From contig NW_021831286.1 of NCBI RefSeq assembly GCF_006345805.1, positions 310,001 through 374,000 on the forward strand: a DNA stretch of 64,000 nucleotides, read 5' to 3'. The stretch comes from Octopus sinensis. Lineage: Eukaryota. Position 1 is the stretch's first letter; each line of letters opens with the position of its first letter. Below, one piece after another: positions 1 through 11,779 of this stretch. Below the pieces are notes generated by a model. The model searched no databases, was not told the origin of the DNA, and worked only from the letters and a program-made list of their open reading frames with translations. The translations under genes and the position numbers were made by a program.

Positions 1-336
1 TTGGAATGCATTCTGGTCTCAGCACTGTGACATTTCTAGGCCCGGTTTGCGCAGGAATTGTAGGAACTAAACGTCCTAAATATTGCCTCTTCGGGGATAC
101 TGTAAACACAGCGTCGAGAATGGAGTCAACTAGTGAAGGTGCTTACACAAAATAATTCGTAGAAATGAGAATTCAGATGAGCAAAGCTACCAAGTCGCTG
201 CTTGAAAGCCACCCCGAATTTATAGTTCAGTCACGTGGATGTATATACGTCAAGGTATGTGATTTTAATTATTTTTCAGGGAAAGGGCGAAATGGAGACT
301 TACTGGCTAAATGGAAAGAAGCTACTCCATAGTTAA
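1..336 (+). CDS. Guanylate cyclase, 3' end of catalytic domain (5' partial)
   Basis: Splicing out GT-AG introns 16-39, a second 24-nt intron and 255-279 gives [37 protein letters not shown]...[13 protein letters not shown]. The CLFGDTVN motif is the guanylate-cyclase signature. Confidence 0.93.
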
Positions 337-429
337 TCAGTATGATTTTTTAGTTAACTTTTTTATTTTATAAAAAATAACCCAATTTCACCTGTTTAAA
401 TATTTGATTTCTAAAATAAAACTTTTAAA

Positions 430-1320
430 ATAAGCAAAATGGGTCTTCACCATGATGACGTTTAATTGATATTTCGAATCTGTTCCGAAAGTATTTGCAG
501 AATTGACTTTATACTGGAAGAAAGCAATTCTTCCGGTCAGAATTTGGGAATCGGTTTGCACTCATCTGCGGATATTGCTTTACCCACGTATTTGTCCTTC
601 CGAAGTGCTTCCCTGATTAACGTCGTTCTTCCCCTTTCTTTCAAACGTAAGACGTTCACTTGGCTGCACATGGGTCTAAAAATTTGTCAAGACAGAGGAA
701 TCGAAGTTCGGGTTTGCCTTCTTATAAGTGCTGGAATAACATTGTGTGAATGTCCCCTTACGGATTTCTGAAATCTTCTTTGAACCAGAATCAACTTGTT
801 GCTTTAAGAGTCCTGGACAGTCACAATCTGAGGCCAGGCTTAAAACCTGCACTTGATAGCGCAGAGTTTACATGTTGGTTTATGCCTATGTTTAATAATA
901 TGCTCTCCACATCCATGCAAATGTGAATGAACTCGACAGACATGATTTTTCTTATATGCGCAGTTCCAGCCGGAATCATTAAGAACCTCTTTGGTATTAT
1001 AGCTCAGCTGGAACTCTCTGGGCTTTTTCGTGAAGGTAGAAACGCCCAAATAGATGTATGTTTTGGCCTTTACTGAGAGGTATGTCAAAACCGACACTTT
1101 CTCCCAGTCCAATCTCGTTATTCGACTTCCAACCCAGCAACAATAACATACGAAAAATCAAAGCTATTTTTAATAACAAAAACTCAGCGAAGATTTTATT
1201 GTTCAGCTGATAGTTGTGGAAGTATCCGAGAAAATTCTCGTTGATATTAACGAAGAGGATTTTAAGGAACACAGCCCTAGAAGTCTTAATAACTTTATAT
1301 TTTCTTGAAAGTGCTTTTAA
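430..1320. other. Probable intron-split coding region, product and strand unresolved
   Basis: Higher GC than the flanks, long open frames on both strands and several 22-25 nt GT..AG candidates on the minus strand, but no family motif recognised. Confidence 0.25.
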
Positions 1321-1339
1321 TAATAATAAATAATTAAAA

Positions 1340-2047
1340 ATGGGTCTTGTGGAGTATTGTTCGAGTGATGAAGATTGTAATGTAACTGAGGCCATAGATG
1401 AAGTTATAAATATAAAGTAAATAATATAAATATATAATTATTAGACCAACCCCTGTTAACTCTTCATTGGACAGACTAAGACTCATTCGAACTGCAATGT
1501 CTGTAAAACCTCTTGTTGATATTCTCGACCAAAACGTTATTAATACACATAAAAGGGAACCAGAAGCCACATATAACTCAAATCCATTACTAAATGTACT
1601 GCCCCCTCCAAAAAACTCATTTCTGGACGAGACCACTGAAGTAATCGAGGATGCTGACTATTCCCCTCCACAAATCGAGGATCCCCAACCAGATATGGAG
1701 GAACTTCCACAAGAGACTGAAGATGTCAGTCTTCTATTGGGAAAAGGACAGGTCCCTACTCAAGTCGATATAATTGATGTTTTGGGGGGTGGTGGGCACT
1801 ATACGGGACTGTCGGAGAACTTTCCAAAAAAGATTTTCTCTAAGAAAAAACGAATGGAGGCTGCTGGGTTGTTTGACAAAACTTTGACTGTCCGTGAAAG
1901 ACACAAAAACCAACTAACTTATTTGGCCAAACAGGTCAGGTCTGATTATGAAGGTTGTAGGCTTTGGAAAGAGAGAATGAAGTGCGGACTGACAGTATGA
2001 ATGCCAGTATGTTGCGTAGAGAGAGCAAGTCACGATATGGATTCTAA
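1340..2047 (+). CDS. PRCC: PRCC-like proline-rich mitotic checkpoint/splicing factor
   Basis: Starts MGLVEYCSSDED. After removing 28- and 26-nt introns it ends RHKNQLTYLAKQALERENEV...KSRYGF*, matching the PRCC C-terminal domain. Confidence 0.85.
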
Positions 2048-2623
2048 TTTTTGTTTTTAAATATTTGTAATTTCTTAATTTTGTGGTATATTTGTTGCGG
2101 TATTTTGTGTTGTAGGAATCATTAGTGTTAAATTATGTATAAATAAATATACTAAGCTGTCGGAAACAGAGGATGAGGCAGTTTAAATTGAAAATAAATT
2201 AGGAAATTGTCATATTTGGTCTTTTTAATGTTAAAAAATGGCAATTTAACTATCTGGAAAAATAAGAGTTACGTCAATGGGGAAGAAATTCTGAAAGCAA
2301 TATCTTTTTGGGTAGTCTGAATTTCTGGAAATCAATAGACGGATGGAAATGTGCAGAAGTATGATGATAAAACTGAATTGGATTTGGAGTAGCAAAGATG
2401 TCTCTCTTAGGATAAAAATACGTTTTGTTCCCAATTTTTCTCTATGGCTGTGAATCTTAAAAATTGTCCAAAGCAGACAGCAATTGAAAGTAAACTTCGA
2501 CAAAATATCAAATGACAAAGTTCTTGTAAGAATTGAACCATCATTATCGATAATTTAAAAAAATTCTGATATCTGCGTTTACTGGAAAAGAAAAAAGGAA
2601 AAACAAAATTAATTTAGACATGG

Positions 2624-2700
2624 TTTTTTCTCCAGTTGATCTCCGTTGCTATCGTGAGAGGCAACGCAACGTTAATAATGTTGGGGGGTCCACTTCGGAT
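2624..2700 (+). mobile_element. CRE-like non-LTR retrotransposon, extreme C-terminal fragment
   Basis: Reads ISVAIVRGNATLI, matching the (QR)ISIAxxRGNA end of CRE-clade REL-endonuclease ORFs. Confidence 0.55.
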
Positions 2701-2787
2701 GGATGGCTTTGTTGACTTTCAGTAAATTACAATTATGTTCTAATTTTTTTTAAATCTTGAATTTTTTTTAATGGGAATTGTATTTCG

Positions 2788-2990
2788 TTAGTTTCGCATA
2801 TTCGGCTCGGCCGACGAACCGGGTTGACAAGCCGTGGAATTCAAAGCTCCCTTGGCAAAAGAGTCGGCACAGGTGACGTCCCAAACAAGCTGTTTTCCGG
2901 ATTCAAAAGCGAAAAATATACAGCCGTCCGGACGTTTTGCATCTTCAAGGACAAATCCCGTCGGTTCCAAAATGCGAGGGCCGAATCGAT
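2788..2990 (-). mobile_element. CRE-like retrotransposon REL endonuclease fragment
   Basis: EPTGFVLEDAKRPDG...GKQLVWDVTCADS, the RPDG/WDVT motifs of restriction-like endonuclease LINEs. Confidence 0.75.
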
Positions 2991-3760
2991 ATCAGAGTCC
3001 AACGATGATTCAGTAGTTGTTCTAAATTGTTTATCTTATTAATGAAAATTACTATTTATACATTAAAAATCATTAAAAAACCGGACATCATTTTTTAGAG
3101 ATTGTAGTGCTGATTAAAGACAGAATTCGTAAAAGATTTTAATCGCTTCACTCAGAGAACGAATTTAACAAAGACAAATTTATAACAGAAATTAATCAAG
3201 TTTATTATCCTGTGCGGGAAACAGCCTGATACGTCTAGGAATAATTCCCATTTTTTTATCAAAGATTGAAGGACAATCTAAATTTGTCATTCGCTGGATC
3301 AGTGCTTCAATAATTGTTTGTTCATTTTTAGCCACTTTATATTTTATTTAATACCAGTACATGAACTATCTCGATTTATTTCAGACTTTAATGACATTTC
3401 CCTGAGTTTGTCCGTAAAATAACTCTGAAAATATATAACTTTTCAACCTTATGGTCCTTTTTATGTAAATTTTCTGGAAGATCACTAATAGCTACGGTGT
3501 ATTTCGATTATAATCATCTCCTAATTAGTGTTTCTTACCTACTTATTGAGTGCAGTGATAATTAGGAGGCAGACATGTATAAATTAGGGTATTCAATGTC
3601 AATAAAAACAGGAACTAATACATATCACAGACTAAGAGATAAATTGCTATTTAAAGCATTCTAAACGTTTAATTATCTATAAATAACTTATTTTTATTAT
3701 GAAATTAAATTGATTATTATAATTTAAATAAAATATTGTTTATTTCTAGTGTGGTTGAAC

Positions 3761-4041
3761 ATGTCTATTGTGTACGAACGAGTTCCAATCGAGGATTTTA
3801 TTTACAACAAAGAAACACAAATATTCACATATCCCTGCCCATGTGGAGATCTTTTTGAAATATCCCTGGTAATGGCATAAAATATACACACAGGAAGATT
3901 TACAGGACGGTGAGGAGTATGCTGAGTGTCCTTCCTGCTCACTAACCGTATTTGTCGTCTACAACAAAGTGAGTTTATTCATTATTAGTCTAGGACGACT
4001 TTATTGGGGACTGTCAAAAACGAACAGCTGTTTTTAATTAG
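3761..4041 (+). CDS. DPH3: Diphthamide biosynthesis protein 3 (CSL zinc finger)
   Basis: Two 25-nt introns; MSIVYERVPIEDF...[30 protein letters not shown]. Confidence 0.95.
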
Positions 4042-4126
4042 TTTAATTATTGTTGTTTATTATTTGTTCCTTCCTATTATTAATTAAATTATTTTATTAA
4101 TTTATAATAAATATTTAAAATTGTTC

Positions 4127-4720
4127 ATGTTGACGTGTCGTGTGGTCAATTCTCAACTTAAGGGGTTATTTCAGTGCAGAAATGTCGCTAATTTTACTGC
4201 AAAGACTCTCAATGAGTCAGTCAGTGGAGGATCCAAGAACTCAAAGGACATTGAAAGAGCAAATAAAGCTTATTTCCCTCCAGATAACTTGCTTGAAATT
4301 ATAAAGAAAATAACCACACAATTTGGCGGGAAAAATCGAGCTGATTTTCTCGAAATTGAATTGACTAATACTAGAGATAAATTCGAGGTATATTTTAATA
4401 AAAAATCCAAGATCCTCAATTCACTCTTCAAGGAACTGGGACACGTGATTCCCAACAACATTCTTTCGGGGATAACACGTGTACAACATATTTACGATTT
4501 TTATTCCCGCGCTGTGAGCAGTAGACATTTTTTGGATGACCTGCAATTGGCCAATACTGTGCCCAACCTGTCTATTCGGACTGACTATGTTCGGTTCGAT
4601 CCCTCCACTGACCAATTCTTTGGTGGTAGGACGGCCTTTCCTGGACGGGATACTATAGCTCGTAGTTTAAAATTTCCTAATGGTGGACATAAGGCTAAAC
4701 ATCCACTTTATAATCCGTGA
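4127..4720 (+). CDS. MRPL50: Mitochondrial ribosomal protein mL50-like
   Basis: LGHVIPNNILSGITRVQHIYDFY...VPNLSI matches the mL50 pattern. There is an in-frame 24-nt intron at 4388-4411. Confidence 0.7.
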   Translation: MLTCRVVNSQLKGLFQCRNVANFTAKTLNESVSGGSKNSKDIERANKAYFPPDNLLEIIKKITTQFGGKNRADFLEIELTNTRDKFEVYFNKKSKILNSLFKELGHVIPNNILSGITRVQHIYDFYSRAVSSRHFLDDLQLANTVPNLSIRTDYVRFDPSTDQFFGGRTAFPGRDTIARSLKFPNGGHKAKHPLYNP

Positions 4721-4798
4721 TATTAATTAATTATATTTTTAATTTAATTAATGTTTAATTAATTATTATAAATAAAATATGAGCGCCAATTTCGAGTG

Positions 4799-7555
4799 AT
4801 GGACGTTGTGAGGCTAAAAAATCAAAAAAGTTCAATTCGTAAAGACGGTTTTTATAATAAAAATAATAACAATTTTGAAGGTTCGAAGCTTCTCAGTGTA
4901 TATGGTCTTACATCCACAGGTTTCTCAGTAATAGACTACTGTCCCCACCTCAGTCTAATAGCATACATTTCTGGGTTACCCACTCAATTTCACTTTATTA
5001 GAGGAATTGTGGTGCTCTGGTATTTGGAGACAAACACACAAACCCACGTCGTCAATCAAAGCCACAAGACCTTTCTATCTCTGTCACTTTCTCCCAATGG
5101 ACGGTACCTTGTCACATGCGAAGTAATGACTGGTCTAATCTTAGTCTGGCCATAAACCTCTCGTGCGTATTTGGGATGTCAAACTGACCACACAACTGGA
5201 CGAATTTGGAGGACATAAAGCAGTCTCCTCCGTGGTGAGACAATTCCGTAATCCAAAGGCATTTTCCGTGGACAACGAGAGATTTATATCAGTGGGGACA
5301 GAACATGACATGAATATATTTCTCTACCATATTCGCCACGGACTTGTGGCTTCTAATAAAATAGCAGCCAACGTTGGGTCCCTTCACTTCCTTAGGTCTC
5401 CAAATGTGCCTTCAGTCAGGACGGGCAGTGTGTGGTGACTGTAGGCGTCCGTCACATCAAGTTTTGGAGTTGTGGAAAGCAGAGGAGAGGGGCAGGGGTG
5501 ACTGTTCTGGCCGGGAGTTGTCCCACATTGGGCAAACTAAAGATCAACCATTTTTGCGATGTGGTGTCATATATAAGCAGAGGGGACTGTCTTATTCTCT
5601 GTTTGTCCACCTCCGGACTCATCCTTCAGTTTGACTCCACAAAATCCCTCTCCAGGAAGATTGAACTGAATGTTGGTAGTGATAATATGTTTAGTGTACG
5701 TGTTTGTGTATGAGTTTGTGTGCCCGACATGTCCTGGTTGGGTTGGAGGTGGGGAATACGCTGGTTGTGTACGACACGGAGGATTTGAGTCGACGATGTG
5801 AACTGCCATTGCTCGATCAGTACGATTTGTTAATATTCAGACTGTGTTGTGCTGGGGAGGCCACATGCAGTGTGATATCCTCCAGTTATGCCCACGATTT
5901 GGTATGTGGATGACTGATTTGTAGTGTGCGAGTATTTGGAGTGATGGGAGTCTGCTGATTTGTCGAATCTCTTCTCAATTGGATGCAGAGATCCTCCACG
6001 ACCGACATTTCCACTCGGCCCCCGTCATTTCACTCCATGTGACTGGAAGGACTTAATTTTAGATGGTGGAGGCAGACATTCGACATTTTATTTCACTCTC
6101 GTCTGACGGATATGTCAAAGAGTGGACTATTCCTGTATTCTGTGGTCTCCTTAGTCCAGGATAACTCGGGGTCACTTGAATGTACGTCCACAGCCAAGTT
6201 GCCGTGTGTGGGGGATGTTCAGTTCAGGTGCTCTGTTCTCTACCAGTCGTTTATAGCAGTTGGAGACTCGCTTGGATTTATAAGGTTTGTGTGGTGGACT
6301 GACATAGACTGTTCTGTCTGGAGGGTGCAGATTTGAAATATTCTATCAAGGCACATGAGGCAGAGGTTATGTCTTTGGAAGTATGTCCATCCCCATTTTC
6401 TAGTTGGTGTGTGTTTGTATGTAAGGACATGTGATGTTGTTGGTGTCTTCTAGTCGTGACCGGTCAGTGAGGATACACGAATTGAGTCATTTTGAGTGTA
6501 TTCTTCGGTCATCAATTCACTCTTCTTCGGTCACGTGTGTTAAACTGTTGCCGAAAGGGAGGAGTTTGAATATGATAAGTTCATCGTTGGACAAATCAGT
6601 GGTGTTGTATACACTGAGGGATGTCGAGGGGGTCATTGAATGTGAGGTAGTCAGTACTCTCGCTGTCCGAATGGCTGTTCTTGACTTTGGGGTGTGTCCT
6701 TCTCTGGGTAAATTGGTATTGGCCACGAACGACTCGACTGCAAGGTGAGTGGTGATTGAATAAGGATAGAATATATTCTCTGAGTGGGATAAGACAGTTA
6801 GGGGCAGTCAAGTTGGGAGATGACTCAATTATGTGTACGGCTGTCCGTGTTGAGGGAGAATCCGCTCTCTTCTCCACCTCCAACGGATTTGTTGTCTTTT
6901 TTGATTTGGTGTCCGATACCCCAGTGTGGACTACCAACAGTGTTTCCAGTAGTGCGGCCACTTATTGTGATGTCATTTTGTTCAGTAACTCTTTTCTTGT
7001 GGCTTCTACTCACGATGGGGCCTTGTTTGTGTGGAATCCTTCGTTTGTTTAATTTGGCTGATTATAGGTGCAATATTTTGGGCACCTGCAGAACTCGTTC
7101 GGCGTCGTGTGACATTTCAGGACGGATGTCGACCAGCTGTACTTGGTCTGATGAAGTACATCAACTCAAAAACATTTCCAGTTTATTATTTTATTAGATT
7201 TATAGATTTGATCAATTTCCCGTCCGAGGGTCGAATTAGGGTTTGTTCGTGATGTTATTTCCAGAAGTCAAATTCAATGTCTTCGCTGACCAGTCCTCTT
7301 CGGACTTCCACTCCTGTTTTGAGGGGACGAAGACGGTGGTCTCCCCCGACCAGTCTTGTCTTTGGTCCATCGGGGGATTCTCCAAGTCCTGCTGGGAATA
7401 CTTTTTATTCGGCAAAGTCGTTCTGCGGGAGTTGTGATATGAATGTATGCGACATTGAGAATAAATTGGGTGATTTGACCAATCTTACAACACGACTGAG
7501 TACTACTATCCTCGATTTGGTCAATAAGAGTTGTTTTATTCTTAGAAAAAGATGA
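4799..7555 (+). CDS. MAPKBP1: MAPKBP1/WDR62-family WD40 protein (shortened C-terminus)
   Basis: Spliced N-terminal repeats match the family: [72 protein letters not shown]. The start could be 4799 or 4779 and the 3' exon structure is approximate. Confidence 0.85.
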
Positions 7556-7662
7556 GGTCTGAGGTCAGGGATGTCGTGTTGATTGACAGGATTAACGATG
7601 GAATTATTAAATGTTTTGATCAGCTTACTGTTTGTTGTAATAAATAGCATTTATTTTGAGTT

Positions 7663-7870
7663 TTATGTGCTTATATTATTTCTGGTATAAACTAAATAAA
7701 TTAGACTGATTGTACTTGTTTTGATGGCAGGCTTCGCATAGAGCATGGTGAATAGATGAGGTGTCATCTGTGTGCCGAAAAGTGTTTTCTGCGTTATTCC
7801 GTCGGGGATAGTTAAGATTCCTCGTTTTACTGTCCAGACGACATTTAACCATGATGAGTTACTAAATCGT
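7663..7870 (-). CDS. Possible short gene, unidentified
   Basis: Open frames plus a 24-nt GT..AG (gtacaatcagtctaatttatttag) near the end. No motif recognised. Confidence 0.2.
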
Positions 7871-7999
7871 TTAAAAAAATAAAAGTTGAAAATAAATATT
7901 AAGAATGGACTTGAGTTATAAACATTTAACCTAAAAATTGACAAAAATTTACCTTAAAAAGTCAACTTTATTAACGCCTTCAAAATGAATAGAGGATGG

Positions 8000-8130
8000 C
8001 ACTCCACGCACCTTCTTTCTTCTCTTTTTTGGCTTTGTAGATTTCCGAGAAGGTGAAGTCCACCGCCTCTCGCCGACTAAATGTCAAGAAAGAATTAGAT
8101 TGGCAGTCATCAAACAAGATACTCTCCAGA
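8000..8130 (-). mobile_element. Decayed LINE relic related to 20300-20420
   Basis: Nucleotide similarity by eye (…aaatgtcaagaaa…) to the R4/Dong-like relic at about 20.3 kb. Confidence 0.4.
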
Positions 8131-11122
8131 ATCGGAATGAAATGTACATATTTTTATTTGGAAGCAATAACAGCGCTAAATACATTTTACGAAAACATTT
8201 TGTTAACAAAAATTATAAATATTTAAGGATTCATTGAATTTATTAGGTCAACTGAATGTTCAACTGTCTCAAAAAGTCAATTAAATTAACAGTGTAAAAA
8301 TTAAATTCAAACATTACGGGTTTTACTTCGACTTCGCGATCTAGCTGTTTGTTGTATCATCACTTATATTCTCGATGGTTCGATCTAAATATATTTCTAG
8401 TTTCTAAGTATTGAGCATTCTTAGAAATTGGACACAATGCAAAAATTGAAGAAATAGCAAGTTAATTTGGGAATCAAAGTCAATTTAAAACAAAGAAAAA
8501 TCAACTAAAGACAGGTGATCTGCACTTCCGCATCCAAAATCTCTCGAAGGACTCGAATAATCTATTAAATTTTAGCAGGCCATATCAACTTTGTTGTATT
8601 CTGGATTTTTTCCAGTTTTGAGTTTTGAATAAATCAGTTGGTTGTCTAAAAGAATTTCAAAAGAGTTGCGTTCCCCTGATGCTAATTCAATTTGGAGGTA
8701 TGGGTAAATTTCTTGGAGTTGTTTAGCCAATTTTTTAGCCTCGGATTCGGCCTCACTGAATTACTAAAAGTTAAAAAGATTTTAAGTAAACCAATAATAT
8801 ATAAATAGTGTACGAAGCATTGATATTTTTATAGGTTAAAAAGTTCATTTTGTCCCATTTTTTCTATTTCAAATTAAATTTTATAAAATGTCACCGTCCG
8901 TTGAATGGACACGCCGTTGAGTGGACACTTTCAAAATGTCATTTATTTCAATTTTGCTCATATAAAACATACTTTAATTTTTTCTAAGTCCCATTTTTAG
9001 CCTATTTTCGATGAATTTGGTGACTTTTGAGAAAATAAGAGAGCTAACAAAACCATGCAGTTCCACTTCGTCCTCACAAAAAAACGTAACCGAAGGCCCT
9101 TGTGTAAAATATACACTTTATCTTCATTGAATATCATTTTTTGGCCAAATTTTTGTATCGAAATCTTTTCTTACGGTCGATATTCCCATCCGGCTCATCA
9201 ATTGACTGGCCGTCTTGAATTTCTTTGATTATTTTTAGATCCGAAGCTTTCAGTTTCACAAAACCCATTTTGCACGCTTAAACAAAATAATTAAAAATAT
9301 TAACTATTAATATTTTAATTAATTAAAAAATGCATTTTCAATCAATTATTTATAGAATTTGCTATTTATTTTGCTTTTTATGCTCACATAAAATATAAAA
9401 AAATAAATTCAAAGTTTTTTCGGTCTGTTTTTTTGAGCACACTCCAAAATATATTGTCCAATTGGTTTCTAACAGTTAATCATAACAAAACTGAATACAC
9501 GAAAATTTTTAGAGCCAAATTCACTTATAATGAATCATGAAGAAAATAAAAAAGGTCGGATCACTGCTAGGCGACTCTGGTCACCCAATCGTTGCGTATA
9601 ATAAACTCTTAAACATTTGGTGTCTATGAAAGCTAAATACAAAGACAAAACTAAAAATCTATAACACGTTTCTTTTTTCGTTCCTGACGTATAACGGATC
9701 GACATGGTAAATGACTAATTCCTATTTCTGCAGCCTCCTATAATTTTCCATCATTGCAAAATAATAATATTCTCGAGTATACAGTGTTCATATTTATTAT
9801 TTTTAATAAATAAGCAGACCGTCAAACAAAAAGTTGTCTTGCTTGTACCATCTTCTCTTCTTGATACGTTTTTTAATCGATTCCAGTTCCTTCTGTTCCT
9901 CGATAGTTTTTTCAGGAGTTCAAGATGGTCTGCCGATGTCAAATCTTTCTTAATAAAAGATATTTCTTGAGTAGAAGGGTTGGTACTTCTTATTTCTCTG
10001 TCTAGGGGGATGTATATTGTAATAGAAATAGAAATGTTTGTTTGAGATATGCTTTGACCAGGAGATTCTATTTGAGCTGCATTTTATGAAAGTTCAGATT
10101 TTCTATTTCATGAATTGTAATTGTTTTATAAATTTATTGTATGTTTTTTTAAGAAGCAAAAATTTGTTTATTTCGTTAATTTTTAGGAATGATTTTTAAA
10201 TGTGTTGGCCAATTTATCAACAAAAATTTTTAATTATTAGCACTTTCACGAGGGCCATAATGTCTATAACTCCGCATGTGCAGCAAAATATATCAGATAA
10301 CTAATTAAATTGCTCCGTTCTCCTGTTCTTAGTTAGATTCCTCAGAGAGTCCAGATCGTCATTAGATGCCAATGTTTTCTTCGCGGTTTTTAGATTATTT
10401 TGTAAAACGATCGGCAAGGTAGTTTTCAATCTTCCCCGAAAGCGTCTTACATTAGAGGAGGGGTAGTAATCCTCCATCGAGATATTTTGGGGAGATATCG
10501 GCCTCAGGAAGTGTCCAAAAAGCCTCCAACCAGAGCTAATGATCTCGCGACTTATTGACAGTCACACTTATTGTACAGTCCGCTCCACGAGATCATGGAT
10601 GGCCAGAACATTCCAGTAATGTTTCTTATATGATTCCTATGAAACGAGTCGAGCTTCTCCAATTCCTCTTCTGAGGTACCCTAGGTCCCAGAGTTGTATA
10701 TGAGGATTGGTTTGATAAATGTGTTGTATAGTATTATCCTTTGTTTTATGTTATTCCATTTCCGTTTTAGCCATATGTTTTTCAGCTTGTGTAATGCCGC
10801 GTTTGCCAGGGTTCTTCTCCGAATGATATCTTTACTCTCTCCTAATAGAGAGCCAAGCTTCTTAGTGTTCCTTCATTTCTCTTGGAGTGGGTTATTCATT
10901 CGTCTAATTTATATCCATTCTGTTTTTTCCCTGTTCACAAGGAGAAACCAATCTAATACTTTTTCCAGTGCATTTCAATTTCCAATCATTTTTCAGTACA
11001 ATTAGTTCCAGTCGCCGATATCTTGAAAAAAATCCAGTCCGGAACTTCTAGTTCGCACAACTAAATCTAATGTGCCTCCGTCCTGTTTTATCACTCTGTA
11101 TGCAGATGTATCTATCTATACC

Positions 11123-11215
11123 TTTCCAAGTTCAATATGGGAATTTCCAAATTCAATACGGGATTTCCAAGTTCAAAGTGGGATTTTCCAAATTCAATAT
11201 GGGATTTCCAAGTTA
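11123..11215. repeat. Minisatellite, about 4.5 x 20-21 bp (tttccaa(g/a)ttcaa...ggga)
   Basis: Direct tandem units with no spacers, alternating 20/21 bp, next to a Tc1/IS630 relic. Confidence 0.85.
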
Positions 11216-11267
11216 ATTTTAAAATATTTGGAAAAAAATCATGACTCATTTATATCAAACGAAAAAA

Positions 11268-11760
11268 TTAAAATGTTACGTCCTTGTAATTTAATAAAGA
11301 AGGCAATAGTCCTTGAATTCTGGCTATTAACTTAGCACAAATTTTTGGAGTAACTTCGTCCATAGATTGTTTAATTAAATCCTCCAATCTCTGTTTCCGA
11401 AATTCTGTTTTTGACAAGTCAGGTTCATTTCCATCTAAGATATTCCCAAGATTTTCAGCCATTTTTCTTTTTACAAAAGCTTTCATTTTAGACCATATTT
11501 GTTCAATTGGATTTAACATTGGACTGGATTTAACATTCGGAATTGACTCGACCATTTCTTGCATATAATCTCGTACGGTATTTGAAATTTTTGAATATCG
11601 AAAACCACCTCTTAAATCATCCTTAAAGCCTTCTTTTATCCACCTGTATGCAGTTGTTCTTTTTATTCCGAGAGAACATGCAACTTGATTTCAATCTCCA
11701 TCATTTTTGTAAACGGTCAACAAATTTTTTTCTTTTTTAAGCTAATTCTTTCTTTTTATT
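11268..11760 (-). mobile_element. IS630/Tc1-mariner transposase relic with internal deletion
   Basis: An N-terminal HTH-like piece (SLGIKRTTAYRWIK) is joined directly to the C-terminal SPMLNPIEQIWSKMK motif; the D,D core is missing. Confidence 0.75.
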
Positions 11761-11779
11761 AACGTACATTTTGTCATTT

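Larger units (their letters stand above)
2555..3160 (-). mobile_element. Decayed R4/Dong-like LINE relic interrupted by CRE-like fragments
   Basis: 2555-2623 and 3075-3160 resemble two adjacent parts of 20140-20290 (e.g. ccggacatcatttttt), with about 450 bp inserted between them here. Confidence 0.45.

Noticed and set aside
997-1395. 132-aa minus-strand ORF as a gene
   Set aside because: It overlaps the PRCC start in antisense, runs through AT-rich spacer and has no motif.
2090-2185. TM-like mini-ORF (CGIFVAVFCVVGIISVKLCINKYTKLSETEDEAV*)
   Set aside because: There is no start codon or upstream exon; it is preceded by an in-frame stop and sits in the PRCC 3' region.
2624-2990. Twin-priming inversion of a CRE-like LINE
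   Set aside because: The 3' end lies in the middle, not at the outer edge, so two separate insertions are more likely.
8340-10700. Assorted transposon-like scraps (possible hAT/pogo/LTR/LINE)
   Set aside because: Too decayed to assign; no diagnostic motif or paired ends could be confirmed.
11123-11215. CRISPR-like repeat array
   Set aside because: The units abut directly with no unique spacers.
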